Below the pieces are notes generated by a model that was not told the origin of the DNA, searched no databases, and worked only from the letters and a program-made list of their open reading frames with translations. A DNA stretch of 61,793 nucleotides, the filler included. It is 7 parts of 7 records of this genome, joined end to end, with 100 filler letters (N's around TTAATTAATTAA, not from the genome) between each part and the next. Parts side by side here need not be neighbours in the genome. Positions count along the whole stretch, not along the records: positions 9,066 to 22,071 come from SRR31156797_7015; 6 more parts are not named here. One strand, given 5' to 3'. The position numbers were made by a program, and so were the translations under genes. This document shows positions 10,239 through 20,658 of the stretch, piece by piece (positions within the stretch are counted from its first letter, which is position 1; each line of letters starts with the position of its first letter).

Positions 10239-10274
10239 AAGTAGAAGGGCTGCCAGATTTTGGCAGCCCTTTGT
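10239..10274. terminator. Hairpin terminator, copy 1 of a duplicated 36-bp element
   Basis: AAGGGCTGCCA-GATTT-TGGCAGCCCTT then TGT; near-identical copy at 10544-10579. Confidence 0.7.
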
Positions 10275-10295
10275 CATGCAAACCATATTTACTGC

Positions 10296-10434
10296 GCTGC
10301 CGCGCGATTATATCGCGTGGCTTTGGTTCAAGTTTAGTTGAACTTAAAAAAACAATCTTTAAAAAAGTTAAACTAGAACTCTATCGAAATAACTAGAAAC
10401 TATGTATACCCACGCGATACAATCGCGCGGTAGC
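10296..10434. repeat. Inverted pair of REP-like palindromes
   Basis: GCTGCCGCGCGATTATATCGCGTGG (10296-10320) and CCACGCGATACAATCGCGCGGTAGC (10410-10434) are reverse complements with 2 mismatches; each is internally palindromic. Confidence 0.7.
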
Positions 10435-10543
10435 CGAGGAGGTATAGATTTTAATGTCTGTTGGGTACGGATTGAAACCGATCCGCCAGCTGGTGGAGAG
10501 CTCAGCGAAGCTAAATCTGAGCTTTGAGGATTAGTATTAGGTA

Positions 10544-10579
10544 AAGTAGAAGGGCTGCCAAAATTTGGCAGCCCTTTGT
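10544..10579. terminator. Hairpin terminator, copy 2 (downstream of yebC)
   Basis: AAGGGCTGCCAAAATTTGGCAGCCCTTTGT. Confidence 0.7.
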
Positions 10580-10601
10580 TATATAAAAGCCCTGGTGTTA
10601 C

Positions 10602-11312
10602 TTAGGCTATATTCGTAAATACATTTTGTACGTCATCGTCTTCTTCCAACTTATCAAGCATTTTTTCAATCTCTTCTAATTGCTCTTCAGTATACTCTGT
10701 TGGGTCATTAGCGATGCGCTGTAAGTTTGCTTTTTTTATTTCAATACCTTTATCTTCGATGGCTTTCGAAAGGTCTCCAAATACGGTATAATCGCCGTAC
10801 ACGTACACCATCTCTTCATGCATTTCTATTGATTCAAGCCCTGCGTCAATTAATTCTAGTTCAAGCTCTTCCGGATCGATCTCGTCAGTTTTTTCAAATT
10901 CGATTACAGCTTTGCGACTGAACAGAAACTCCAATGAACCATTAGGCACCATTGAACCACCTGCCTTGTTGAAATATGATTTCACATTAGCCACGGTACG
11001 CATGTTATTATCGGTCATGCACTCCACAAAAACCAATACACCATGAGGCCCTTTTCCTTCAAAGTTTACTTCAATGTAAGCATCAGCATCTTTACCTTCG
11101 GCACGCTTAATAGCATTATCGATATTATCCTTAGGCATATTTTGCGCCTTGGCATTCTGTATTGCTGTTCTCAATTTAGGGTTCATTTCCGGGTCAGAAC
11201 CACCATCTTTAGCTGCAACAGTAATAGCTTTAGCTAATTTGGGAAATACCTTAGACATCTTGTCCCAACGTTTCTCTTTTGCCGCACGGCGATATTCAAA
11301 TGCTCTACCCAT
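10602..11312 (-). CDS. yebC: YebC/PmpR family protein
   Basis: MGRAFEYRR Bacteroidota-type start, [44 protein letters not shown]. Confidence 0.95.
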   Translation of the reverse strand: MGRAFEYRRAAKEKRWDKMSKVFPKLAKAITVAAKDGGSDPEMNPKLRTAIQNAKAQNMPKDNIDNAIKRAEGKDADAYIEVNFEGKGPHGVLVFVECMTDNNMRTVANVKSYFNKAGGSMVPNGSLEFLFSRKAVIEFEKTDEIDPEELELELIDAGLESIEMHEEMVYVYGDYTVFGDLSKAIEDKGIEIKKANLQRIANDPTEYTEEQLEEIEKMLDKLEEDDDVQNVFTNIA

Positions 11313-11568
11313 TTTATTATGATTTAAATTAATTGAAAATTTGAGATCGCTAAATTACTGATTTTTTGAAGAAAAATGAAGTTGTTTTTAAGTAAACAAG
11401 TTGAAGCATAGTCTCGGTGTGCGTTTATATTAGATTGTATCGCAGTTTTTTTTCTTAACTTTAGTTTTTTAATCACACAAGCTGAGACTTTTTAACCAGA
11501 GTTTTTTACTTTTCATATTAAATCCCAACATTTACCGTTAATTATCAACGATACCTTATTTTTGCGAT

Positions 11569-14500
11569 ATGCGTAGGCAGTTATTACTCATAATACTTTT
11601 CATGCTATGGGCAGTGCTGGGATTTTCTCAGTACAAAAACCTGCGCATCAAAAAAGTTGCCGTAAGCGACACAATGCAAATCGATTCCACGCAAATCATT
11701 AAAGGAAGCCTGTTTTTGCGTGCTGAAAATGGAATTATTTCAGATAATGATTATCAATTTGATTATGAAAAAGGCATTTTATCTTTTAAAAACAAACCTG
11801 GGTTTGATTCTATTACAGTTGTTTATCGCATTCTGAACCCAGCACTTACAGAACCCTACTTTCATAAAAGCACCCAACTACTCATAACCAATAAGCGTTT
11901 CGAAATTCCAAAAGATCCTAATCGCAGACGTACACTTTTCGAAGACTCCGATATTAATAGATCAGGTAGTATATCACGGGGTTTTACTGTGGGAAACAAT
12001 CAGGATGTTACCATGAGCTCCAGCCTAAACCTTCAACTTTCGGGTAAACTTACAAACAACCTGAATGTGGTAGCTTCCATTACAGACAACAATATTCCGG
12101 TTCAACCTGAAGGAAATACACAACAGCTCCAGGAGTTCGATAAGATTTTTATTCGTGTCTATAATGAAAAAGTAAATCTAACGCTGGGAGACTACTTTTT
12201 AGATCGTCCTACCGGAACATTTCTGAATGTGAATAAAAAATTACAGGGTATTCAGGTTGAAAATCGTGTTGAACTAGGAAAAAAAGAGAAAAAAGGTGAA
12301 AAAGCTAAGTTCAAAAATACGGTTTCCGGAGCTGTTTCAAAGGGAAAGTATTATCGACAAAAATTAGAACCCATTGAAGGTAATCAAGGTCCTTATAAAT
12401 TACGTGGAGCAAATAATGAAAGATTTATTATCATTATCGCCGGATCAGAGCGGGTAATTATTGATGGGCAAGAAAAAAAACGTGGACAACAATACGATTA
12501 CACCATTGATTACAATAGCGCTGAGATTTCTTTCAATCCCTCAGTTCCCATTAACTCCGACATGCGAATTTATGTGGAGTATGAATACACCGATAAAAAC
12601 TACACCCGTTTTCTGGCTGCTGAATATGCTGAAATTCAACACAAAAACACACGCTTCTGGTTTAACGTAATTACAGAAAGCGACAGTAAAAATCAGCCCA
12701 TTGATCAAGAGTTGGATCAGTCAGAAATTGATGTATTGGAAAGTATTGGTGATGATATTGATAATGCAGTTGTACCAAACATTACGGAACAAGATTTTAA
12801 TGAAGATATTACGTTGTATGCCAAAGCCGACACACTAGTTGGAACAATAACTTACGAATACTACTATTATTCAAACAATCCTGATTCGGCTAAATACCGC
12901 CTTGGGTTTTCGCTTGTTGGCGAAGGCAATGGAAATTACATTCAATCAGAAGCACTAACCAATGGGCGAACATATGAATGGATTGCCCCGATCAATGGCA
13001 CACCTCAGGGAAATTATGAACCGGTTGTATTACTTGCCGCTCCACAATCAAAACAAATGGTCACAATTGGAAGTGAAATTCTGCACGGACAAGGCAGCTT
13101 CAGCCGGGTAGAGTTTGCCTGGTCACATTACGATATGAATACTTTTTCATCGCTGGATGCAAACGATGATAATGGTATGGCAGTTAATTATGAAGGTTCA
13201 CACAGATTGGTGGGTGACTCAGCCCGGAACCTAAAATTACTAAGCAATTACCAGTTTGTGCACAGTAATTTCTCACCATTTGAACGCTTCCGTGCAGCAG
13301 AATTTGAAAGAGATTGGAACATCACTAATTTAAATATTGAAACAAATCAGCATGTGGGGGGATTATTTCTCAATTATCAGCAAAGTCGAAAAATTGACAT
13401 CGGTATAGGAGGAAAAACTTTTATAGCCCCAAATAATTTCCAGGGTTTCAAAGGAGAGTCAAACTACACAATAAACTATAAGTTTTTCAATCTGAAAGGA
13501 AATGCCAGTTATCTAAAAGCATTGTCAGACAGCCTTGAAAGTGATTTTCTGAGAAGTAAATCAGCCCTTGGTATTCCATTTTGGAAGTTAGAAGCCGGAA
13601 TTAGATATGATCTGGAAGTAAACACATTCAAAGATGACGAAAATACACTTTACGCAACCTCCTATCAATATTTTCAGCATGAAGCATATGTAAAAAACAA
13701 CAAAATTGAGGGCGTTGAAGCAGAATTAACCGCCATTTATCGTATTGATCATAAAACCTGGCAACAAAAAATGACACCTGAAAAAGAGCGCAGAGGGATT
13801 TCACTGACAACAGCTATCAATAAAAACAAAAAAAGCACCTGGCGACTGATAGCCAATTATAGACAAGTCAAGATTTTAAATGACTCCTTAATTCAAAACG
13901 AATTACCAGACCAACACGTAAGCGGGCGGATTGAAAACCGGAGCATTTTCTTCAAAGGAATCATTCGCTCAAGCACCTTTTACGAAGTAAGTACCGGATT
14001 GGAAAGCAAAAAAGAATACGCCTACCTTGAAGTGGAACTGGGGCAGGGAAATTATGTGTGGATTGATCGTAATGAAAATGGTATTAAGGAACTCAACGAA
14101 TTTGAAATCGCACAAATCGCATCTGAAGGAAATCATATTAGAATTTACATTCCAACAGACGAATACATTTCTGTTTATTCCAATCAGTTTAAGCAAACAC
14201 TAAGTATTAATTTCAGAAAATGGTCTGTGAGCAAAAAGAAATGGCAAAAACTAGCTTCCCGCTTTTCTGATCAATTCTCATATTCGGTAAGTCGTAAAGT
14301 CACCAACGATAATTTCATAACCTACGCTAATCCATTTGGCACTGCAAAAGAGGATACCTCACTGGTTTCCACCACCAGCTCATTTCGGAATATGTTCAGC
14401 TTTAATCGTACCAATCCGGTATTTGGAGCTGATCTAATTTTAAATCAGTCACTGAGTAAAAACCTATTAACCAATGGGTTTGAAGGTCGTGATCTAAAAA

Positions 14501-15012
14501 CAATAGAGTTGCAAACTCGCTGGAACATTACGAAAAGTCTGACTTTAATCAATAAAGGTTCAATTAGTGACAAATCAAAAACCACAGAATATTTTGCAGC
14601 CAACAATTACCTCATCAGAAATTACAAAAGTGAAAACACCTTCCGCATTCAACCGGATGTAAAATACCGGTTTGAAATCACTTACAAATATGATGATAAG
14701 CAAAACACCAAAGGAGATGAGAATGCCATTCACCACGACGGTGGAATTACCTTTCAATATGCTGCAGCGCAGAAAAGCAGCCTAAATAGCTCTTTTCATT
14801 ATATCGAAGTAAAATATAACGGAACAGGGAATAACTCATTAACCTATGAGCTTTTAAATGGGTTGCAGCAAGGAACGAATTATACCTGGGAATTAGGTTG
14901 GAACAAACAGTTATCTAAACATTTCCAAATGAGCATTCAATATAATGGTCGGGCAGGCGATGATACTAATACCATTCATATTGCCAGCATGCGGGTAAGG
15001 GCGATGTTCTAA
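11569..15012 (+). CDS. Large Bacteroidota outer-membrane protein of unknown function
   Basis: Signal peptide; GSISRGFTVGNNQD, NIPVQPEGNTQQLQEFDKIFI, EGNQGPYKL; amphipathic beta-strand C-terminus ending in F. Confidence 0.7.
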   Translation: MRRQLLLIILFMLWAVLGFSQYKNLRIKKVAVSDTMQIDSTQIIKGSLFLRAENGIISDNDYQFDYEKGILSFKNKPGFDSITVVYRILNPALTEPYFHKSTQLLITNKRFEIPKDPNRRRTLFEDSDINRSGSISRGFTVGNNQDVTMSSSLNLQLSGKLTNNLNVVASITDNNIPVQPEGNTQQLQEFDKIFIRVYNEKVNLTLGDYFLDRPTGTFLNVNKKLQGIQVENRVELGKKEKKGEKAKFKNTVSGAVSKGKYYRQKLEPIEGNQGPYKLRGANNERFIIIIAGSERVIIDGQEKKRGQQYDYTIDYNSAEISFNPSVPINSDMRIYVEYEYTDKNYTRFLAAEYAEIQHKNTRFWFNVITESDSKNQPIDQELDQSEIDVLESIGDDIDNAVVPNITEQDFNEDITLYAKADTLVGTITYEYYYYSNNPDSAKYRLGFSLVGEGNGNYIQSEALTNGRTYEWIAPINGTPQGNYEPVVLLAAPQSKQMVTIGSEILHGQGSFSRVEFAWSHYDMNTFSSLDANDDNGMAVNYEGSHRLVGDSARNLKLLSNYQFVHSNFSPFERFRAAEFERDWNITNLNIETNQHVGGLFLNYQQSRKIDIGIGGKTFIAPNNFQGFKGESNYTINYKFFNLKGNASYLKALSDSLESDFLRSKSALGIPFWKLEAGIRYDLEVNTFKDDENTLYATSYQYFQHEAYVKNNKIEGVEAELTAIYRIDHKTWQQKMTPEKERRGISLTTAINKNKKSTWRLIANYRQVKILNDSLIQNELPDQHVSGRIENRSIFFKGIIRSSTFYEVSTGLESKKEYAYLEVELGQGNYVWIDRNENGIKELNEFEIAQIASEGNHIRIYIPTDEYISVYSNQFKQTLSINFRKWSVSKKKWQKLASRFSDQFSYSVSRKVTNDNFITYANPFGTAKEDTSLVSTTSSFRNMFSFNRTNPVFGADLILNQSLSKNLLTNGFEGRDLKTIELQTRWNITKSLTLINKGSISDKSKTTEYFAANNYLIRNYKSENTFRIQPDVKYRFEITYKYDDKQNTKGDENAIHHDGGITFQYAAAQKSSLNSSFHYIEVKYNGTGNNSLTYELLNGLQQGTNYTWELGWNKQLSKHFQMSIQYNGRAGDDTNTIHIASMRVRAMF

Positions 15013-15110
15013 TACAGATCACAAATTCCAGCATACAAATTCCAAAATCCAAAATAAATAGGTAACCTTTCCGCTTGTAGAAAATACGCTTCTTTTGTTT
15101 TCCTTAAAAA

Positions 15111-15144
15111 CAAATCCCAACTACCTTTTGGCAATTGGGATTTG
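15111..15144. terminator. Hairpin between convergent genes
   Basis: CAAATCCCAA...TTGGGATTTG inverted repeat. Confidence 0.55.
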
Positions 15145-15170
15145 GAATCTGTTATTAGTTTATTACAATT

Positions 15171-18100
15171 TTATTGCTTTATAATCTTAGTTTGAAGTAC
15201 TTTACTACCACTTGAAAACTGTAGAATGTATAATCCATTTGCCTGATCAGTTATATCTACAACTTCTGTTGCATTAATAGCGCTTTGATAAATCAATTTA
15301 CCAGTGCTATTAAAAATTGTTAAAGTCGTTTCATTCTCAACAGACACATTAAATACCCCATTTGATGGGTTTGGATATACTCTGATACCAGACTGTAATA
15401 ATTCATCAATAGAAACAGCAGTAACAGTAATTACTTCACTGTACTCTGCATCTTCGCAGTAATTTCTTGAGGCCGCTAACGTAACTGTGTAAACTCCTTC
15501 TTCAGCATACATGTAAACAGGTTCCATTTCGTTAGAAGTTCCTTCACCATCTCCAAAATCCCATGAATAAGAAGTAGCATTTTCACACAGGTTAACAGTA
15601 CTCAATTCCAAACTGTCACTATTACATGTAAACATTGCATAAGGAGGATCAACCACCTCAATTTCAACCACATTAGAAGTAACAGGATCTAATCCGGCAG
15701 AAGTTACCTCAGCTTTAAAGAATGCTGTTTCAGAAAGCATTTCTGTTTCGAAACTACTTTGGTTTGCTTCAGCTACAGCTGACCAGTTTTCACCATCGTT
15801 GGAGCTATGCCACTGAATTTCGTCACCAATCCAATTTGAAATAGTAATTGTAGTAGTTCCCTCTCCACATATTACAGGTGGTTCTGCGTATGCAAATCCA
15901 GCATAAACAGATGGCATTACATTCAATGAATAATCTTCCACTTCACCATAACTTGAATTTCCACAAGGCTCCAATGATCCTGAATATATAAGTCTAACTC
16001 TCATTGTCACCAAGCCAATATGTGCATCAGCAGGTACAGTAACAGTAGCTACTCCATCAGGCTCGCTATATGCCACCTCAATATATTCTCCTTCATCTTC
16101 AAAATCTCCATCATAGTTCCAATCAATCCAACAACCCATTTGATCACTGTCCCAGTGCTCTCCATTGGTTATTGTAAGTGCATATGATGAATCTGGAGTT
16201 ACGTCAGTTGACATATCGGTATAATCAGTATAGCTAGAGGCTTCAGATGTATTATCGATATCACCAATTTGAACTCGCTGAATGTATTCATCAGTTGTAT
16301 TATCACTTCCGGCTTCGCAATATTCAGGAACAAATCCGATCACAACTTCTTTTGTATCAGTTGCTTCATACTGGTTATCTTCTCCGGCAGTCACATTTAA
16401 TATGATATCAGCAGGAGTTCCATCTGGTGCTGATCCGGCTGCAGTAACATTAAAGGTCAACGTTGTACTTTCACCTGCAGAAAGAATCTCAGGATTAGTA
16501 TTATCAGCATTAATTGTTAAATATTGACTGGTTGTAGAAATTATACCAGCTAAATTAGTTACATCTGCTAAACCCACATTCTCAACTTCAATCAAAATAT
16601 CAGCCGTTTCTGCCGGATCAAGAATTCCGTCTGCATTACCCATATCGTTAATTGATAGTTCTCCAATGGCCAATTCAGGTGCATTTACAATAAATGAATG
16701 CGTTGATTCATATACCTCTTTTGAAGCATCTGTAATTTGCACATCAAATTGAATTCTATAACCATCTTCAATGTTGTTTTTTAACGACATTGTAAAACTC
16801 TCATCTGTAATTGATATCTCTTCAGGATCAAGGTCAAGTACTGCTACATCAGTAGCATTTATCAAGCTCAATACCATTGTATCAGTAGTTGTCATAGACA
16901 CAGTAATGTCTTCAGAAACATCCACACCTACATTTTTCACTGTGAGGTCAATATCGAAAGTCTCACCAAATTCTACAACACCATTATTTTCATCTTCAAT
17001 TGTAAAACCTGATATTACATCATAAGGTCCTTCAGGTGCAATAACCATTACCTCTTTGGTATAACGGAAGTAATTTTGTTTTGTAACAGTTACTAAAAGT
17101 TGTGTTCCAGGGTTAGGTAATTCAGTTAATGTCAATGTTGATTGACCACCTGTCCCAATACCTGTTCCAATAATTATTGTTTGCTGCAAAGTATTGTCAT
17201 AATACGTAACTGCAATATGCGCACCCTCATCGGCTGTAATGTTCATAGTCAAATTTCCAAACACATGAGCATCAGCAGTAGTAACTGCTAAATTTTGAGG
17301 AACCTCAGTATACACATTCAAATAAGCATCACCGTGGTGGTGGAAAAGCCTGTATGTAATCTGCTTACTTTCAGTATTGTATGGCCAAGACGATTGATAT
17401 AAGAATATTTTACCGGCTACATTGCCAAATGCTGGATAAATAAAATCAACAGGGAATTCAGTTGTTTCATCCGGCATAAACTCAGGCCAGAAGTTATCGT
17501 ACAATCCCCACACATAGGCATCGTTCACAAAAGAATAAGATACTTCTGTGGCGGCAATAAGACCTAAAGCACCACTATTTTCTCCGTTATATGTATATCG
17601 GTGCAATGCTTCTGTAAAAGTTGGATCATCTTCTGGATTATGAAAAGCTCCGGTTTGACAGTTAATGGAAAATATAAATGGTAATTTATTATCGATATTT
17701 GTTAAAGAACTAATATTTGCATTGGTGAAATCCGGCTCACCCCAACCAGTATACATACCATGGTCACGGTGTTGAAGCATAAATGCTCCGGAATTAATCG
17801 CATCAGAAACATCAGCAGCAGAGCCGCCTGTCCATCCACCTAATTCACCAGGAGTAGCAGGAATATAACCTAAACCTTCTGGTCCAAAATAATCAATTAC
17901 AGTTGAGGTGTTTGTAGCTGTTGACCAGGGATCAACACTTGGATCACCTTCATAAACAGCATTGATACGCACTGTACTTTTTCCTAACTCATTGGTCCAA
18001 AAACCACCAATAGCCTCAGAGCAAATCTGGAACCAACGTTCTGTTTGCCATCCTAAAGCTGTAATTGGATTGTTATAGAAATAAGCATCAGTTGGTGGAT

Positions 18101-19238
18101 TCAATTCATAGTCCATAAATTTAGAAACCATCACATTTAACTGAGCTTCATCTTCAGCAGCAATACGCGCAGTAGCAATGTCTGGTAAATCATCACCATC
18201 AACGTCTGCATATTGATTATCTGAAGCATAATCAGATGAAACCACCCATGATGGATGCTCAAAAAGCTGAGAAGTAATACCATCATCACCGGTGCTATAG
18301 TCTGCCAAGAATAAAATAGCATCAACCGGATTACTCCAATTGTTGTATGCATTGTCAATCCATGTCTCGATAGCAGAAACAGTATTTCCTCCGATATCAG
18401 TTGTGGTTTTAACCATTGTAGAAATACCTTGTTTTCTTCTGAATTCAGCTATTTCATTGGCCTTATTGATAAATACCTCATCATCAATCGTGATAATTAC
18501 ATAATCTGCCTCATCATCTTTAGCGCGATTTTCAAATTTAATTTCGCTCAACTGTGGTAATGAGTTATAGTTAACTAAACTTGAGCTCAACATTGATTCC
18601 CATGTTGCACTTCTATACTTTGGATCACCAAACTGGCCATTTCCACCGTCAAAAGTAACCTCCATTCTAACATCACGGTAAACTTTTAAAACTTTAGTAA
18701 CCGGGTTGTACTGGAAAGGCGTTATACCTAACGTTACGAAATCAACTCCGCGAATCTTTCCCGGTTTAGATAACTGAAAAGGATCGGCAGGATAAAATCT
18801 GTCTTGTGAGTACACTTTTTGGTCTTTTTCATACACCAATGGTTTCTCATCAGTATCTACCGGAATAACAGGTGAAGGTGCAATTTCTACATTAGTGTAA
18901 GTTTCAACTCTGTAGTCTGTAACCATTAAATGAGCCTTTGCACCTTGTGGTATTGCAATCATATGGCCATTTCCTGGCAAGTTTGGTTTACCGGCATCAT
19001 TGGGTAAAAGTACACCCGGCATGATAACCGACTTCATTTCATCCCCTTTTATAATTTGAGATTTATACGTAAATTCCTGAACCGAGTAACTAAGTTCAAG
19101 AGCATCAGATTTTTGAGAGGTTACAGTAAGACCCTGCTTTCCCCAATTGTCCGAATAATTAACTTTTTGCGCTTGTAAGCTAAACGCAGCAATAGCTATC
19201 CCTAACACAAGAGATAATTTTTTAGTAAAATAGTTCAT
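15171..19238 (-). CDS. C25 (gingipain-like) cysteine peptidase with propeptide, GEVED, PKD and T9SS sorting domain
   Basis: Propeptide (GKPNLP, PFQYNPV), catalytic QHRDHG and INCQTG, WIDWNYDGDF...GEVEDY, YSWDFGDG, VYPNPSNG...GLYIL...KIIKQ. Confidence 0.9.
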   Translation of the reverse strand: MNYFTKKLSLVLGIAIAAFSLQAQKVNYSDNWGKQGLTVTSQKSDALELSYSVQEFTYKSQIIKGDEMKSVIMPGVLLPNDAGKPNLPGNGHMIAIPQGAKAHLMVTDYRVETYTNVEIAPSPVIPVDTDEKPLVYEKDQKVYSQDRFYPADPFQLSKPGKIRGVDFVTLGITPFQYNPVTKVLKVYRDVRMEVTFDGGNGQFGDPKYRSATWESMLSSSLVNYNSLPQLSEIKFENRAKDDEADYVIITIDDEVFINKANEIAEFRRKQGISTMVKTTTDIGGNTVSAIETWIDNAYNNWSNPVDAILFLADYSTGDDGITSQLFEHPSWVVSSDYASDNQYADVDGDDLPDIATARIAAEDEAQLNVMVSKFMDYELNPPTDAYFYNNPITALGWQTERWFQICSEAIGGFWTNELGKSTVRINAVYEGDPSVDPWSTATNTSTVIDYFGPEGLGYIPATPGELGGWTGGSAADVSDAINSGAFMLQHRDHGMYTGWGEPDFTNANISSLTNIDNKLPFIFSINCQTGAFHNPEDDPTFTEALHRYTYNGENSGALGLIAATEVSYSFVNDAYVWGLYDNFWPEFMPDETTEFPVDFIYPAFGNVAGKIFLYQSSWPYNTESKQITYRLFHHHGDAYLNVYTEVPQNLAVTTADAHVFGNLTMNITADEGAHIAVTYYDNTLQQTIIIGTGIGTGGQSTLTLTELPNPGTQLLVTVTKQNYFRYTKEVMVIAPEGPYDVISGFTIEDENNGVVEFGETFDIDLTVKNVGVDVSEDITVSMTTTDTMVLSLINATDVAVLDLDPEEISITDESFTMSLKNNIEDGYRIQFDVQITDASKEVYESTHSFIVNAPELAIGELSINDMGNADGILDPAETADILIEVENVGLADVTNLAGIISTTSQYLTINADNTNPEILSAGESTTLTFNVTAAGSAPDGTPADIILNVTAGEDNQYEATDTKEVVIGFVPEYCEAGSDNTTDEYIQRVQIGDIDNTSEASSYTDYTDMSTDVTPDSSYALTITNGEHWDSDQMGCWIDWNYDGDFEDEGEYIEVAYSEPDGVATVTVPADAHIGLVTMRVRLIYSGSLEPCGNSSYGEVEDYSLNVMPSVYAGFAYAEPPVICGEGTTTITISNWIGDEIQWHSSNDGENWSAVAEANQSSFETEMLSETAFFKAEVTSAGLDPVTSNVVEIEVVDPPYAMFTCNSDSLELSTVNLCENATSYSWDFGDGEGTSNEMEPVYMYAEEGVYTVTLAASRNYCEDAEYSEVITVTAVSIDELLQSGIRVYPNPSNGVFNVSVENETTLTIFNSTGKLIYQSAINATEVVDITDQANGLYILQFSSGSKVLQTKIIKQ

Positions 19239-19516
19239 GATTTAAATTTTGATTAGCGGAATCATAACGTTTTCTTGTCGTAAAGATATCATTAATAGTG
19301 AAAACTGAAAATGTTTACCTTCTGTTTTTAAAAAAATTAGTCATAGATAAATTCTGAAAATCCTCTATCAATGGTCTACTAAAATATACATTATAAGATT
19401 TTTTCGACCGTTTAAACAATAACAACAACCGTTCATACTTTTCTTTACAATTTCATAGTGAGTGAAAATAGAAATATATATTTTTGCGCCCTTTAATAAT
19501 TCAAAAATAATATGTT

Positions 19517-20563
19517 ATGAAAATGAAAATGAGAATAGCAGGCTTGCTTTTGTTTAGCTTTGTTGCAAGTTTAAGCTATAGTCAAAGATTAGAAGGAGAA
19601 AGAGTTACTATTACCTACAAACAGTATCCATCACATCCAATACCTGAAAGATACGATACTTACAGACTTGGCTGTAGATATGATGACAAGTATCGTGAAA
19701 TGATAAATGATGCTCATAGTAGATTTAGCATAAAGGGGTTTAGTAAAGTTAAAGATATTAAGGAGTCTACTAATTTTATGAAATTAATTATTAGCTTATA
19801 CAGAATTGAGACTAAAAACAAAAAAATAAGCTCTATATCAAAGAAGATGAGTGATGGAAATATGAAAACACAGTATATTGGGGAGGAGACAATTGTTATT
19901 AAGGCAGGTGTTGAAATACGTGGCTATAATTCAAAAGGGGAGTTTGAAACTTTTGTGAATGACGATGCTACAAATTCAAAAAAAATTAAAACAAAGGGGA
20001 GCTATACAACCAAGGCTGTTGCTGAAAAAGAATTGGCAAAGTTAAGAAAAAAAGCGACTGACTTATTGATTAAGAGCTTCTATAACAATGGATTGGCAAA
20101 AGAAATAACTTCAATGATAAGCTTTACAGAGCAAATGAAAATGACAAAATTCTTTACTGTAAAAAAATTCAAGAAATTTGATTATGCTGATTTTGATGAA
20201 GCTCAAAAGATCGCTATATCAGCAATGAATGTCTTAAGCTCTGATATCACAAACTTAGAAGGTTATAAAAAAGCCATTCAACCAGCCATTGATATTTGGA
20301 ATAAGGCATTGGAAGAATCAGATTTAAATACAAAGAAAACTCGGGTAAACGATAAAGTAACTTGTGCAACTTATCTAAATATTGCAAAAGCAAATTTTAT
20401 AATGCAAGAGTACGAAACTGCTCTTGATTATATTACCAAGTGTAAAGAAATTGATAAAAATTTTAAAGGAATAGATTATCTTAAAAAGGATGTTGAAAGA
20501 AATCTTAAGTTAAAAAATAATTATATAGAAAAGAATAAAGAGCCTGAATATCAGGCAAAATAG
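19517..20563 (+). CDS. Secreted Lys-rich hypothetical protein with C-terminal TPR-like helices
   Basis: Signal peptide ending SYS-Q; YLNIAKANFIMQEYETALDY; TAnnTTTG-type promoter element near 19479-19486. Confidence 0.7.
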   Translation: MKMKMRIAGLLLFSFVASLSYSQRLEGERVTITYKQYPSHPIPERYDTYRLGCRYDDKYREMINDAHSRFSIKGFSKVKDIKESTNFMKLIISLYRIETKNKKISSISKKMSDGNMKTQYIGEETIVIKAGVEIRGYNSKGEFETFVNDDATNSKKIKTKGSYTTKAVAEKELAKLRKKATDLLIKSFYNNGLAKEITSMISFTEQMKMTKFFTVKKFKKFDYADFDEAQKIAISAMNVLSSDITNLEGYKKAIQPAIDIWNKALEESDLNTKKTRVNDKVTCATYLNIAKANFIMQEYETALDYITKCKEIDKNFKGIDYLKKDVERNLKLKNNYIEKNKEPEYQAK

Positions 20564-20578
20564 ATTTATTAGAATAAC

Positions 20579-20630
20579 AGGCTTAATTTATTGTTTACAA
20601 GTTAATTTTTATAAACAATGAATTAAGCCT
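20579..20630. terminator. Long AT-rich inverted repeat
   Basis: AGGCTTAATTTATTGTTTA...TAAACAATGAATTAAGCCT. Confidence 0.5.
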
Positions 20631-20658
20631 TATTTTGTGCATAAATTTAATATGCACT

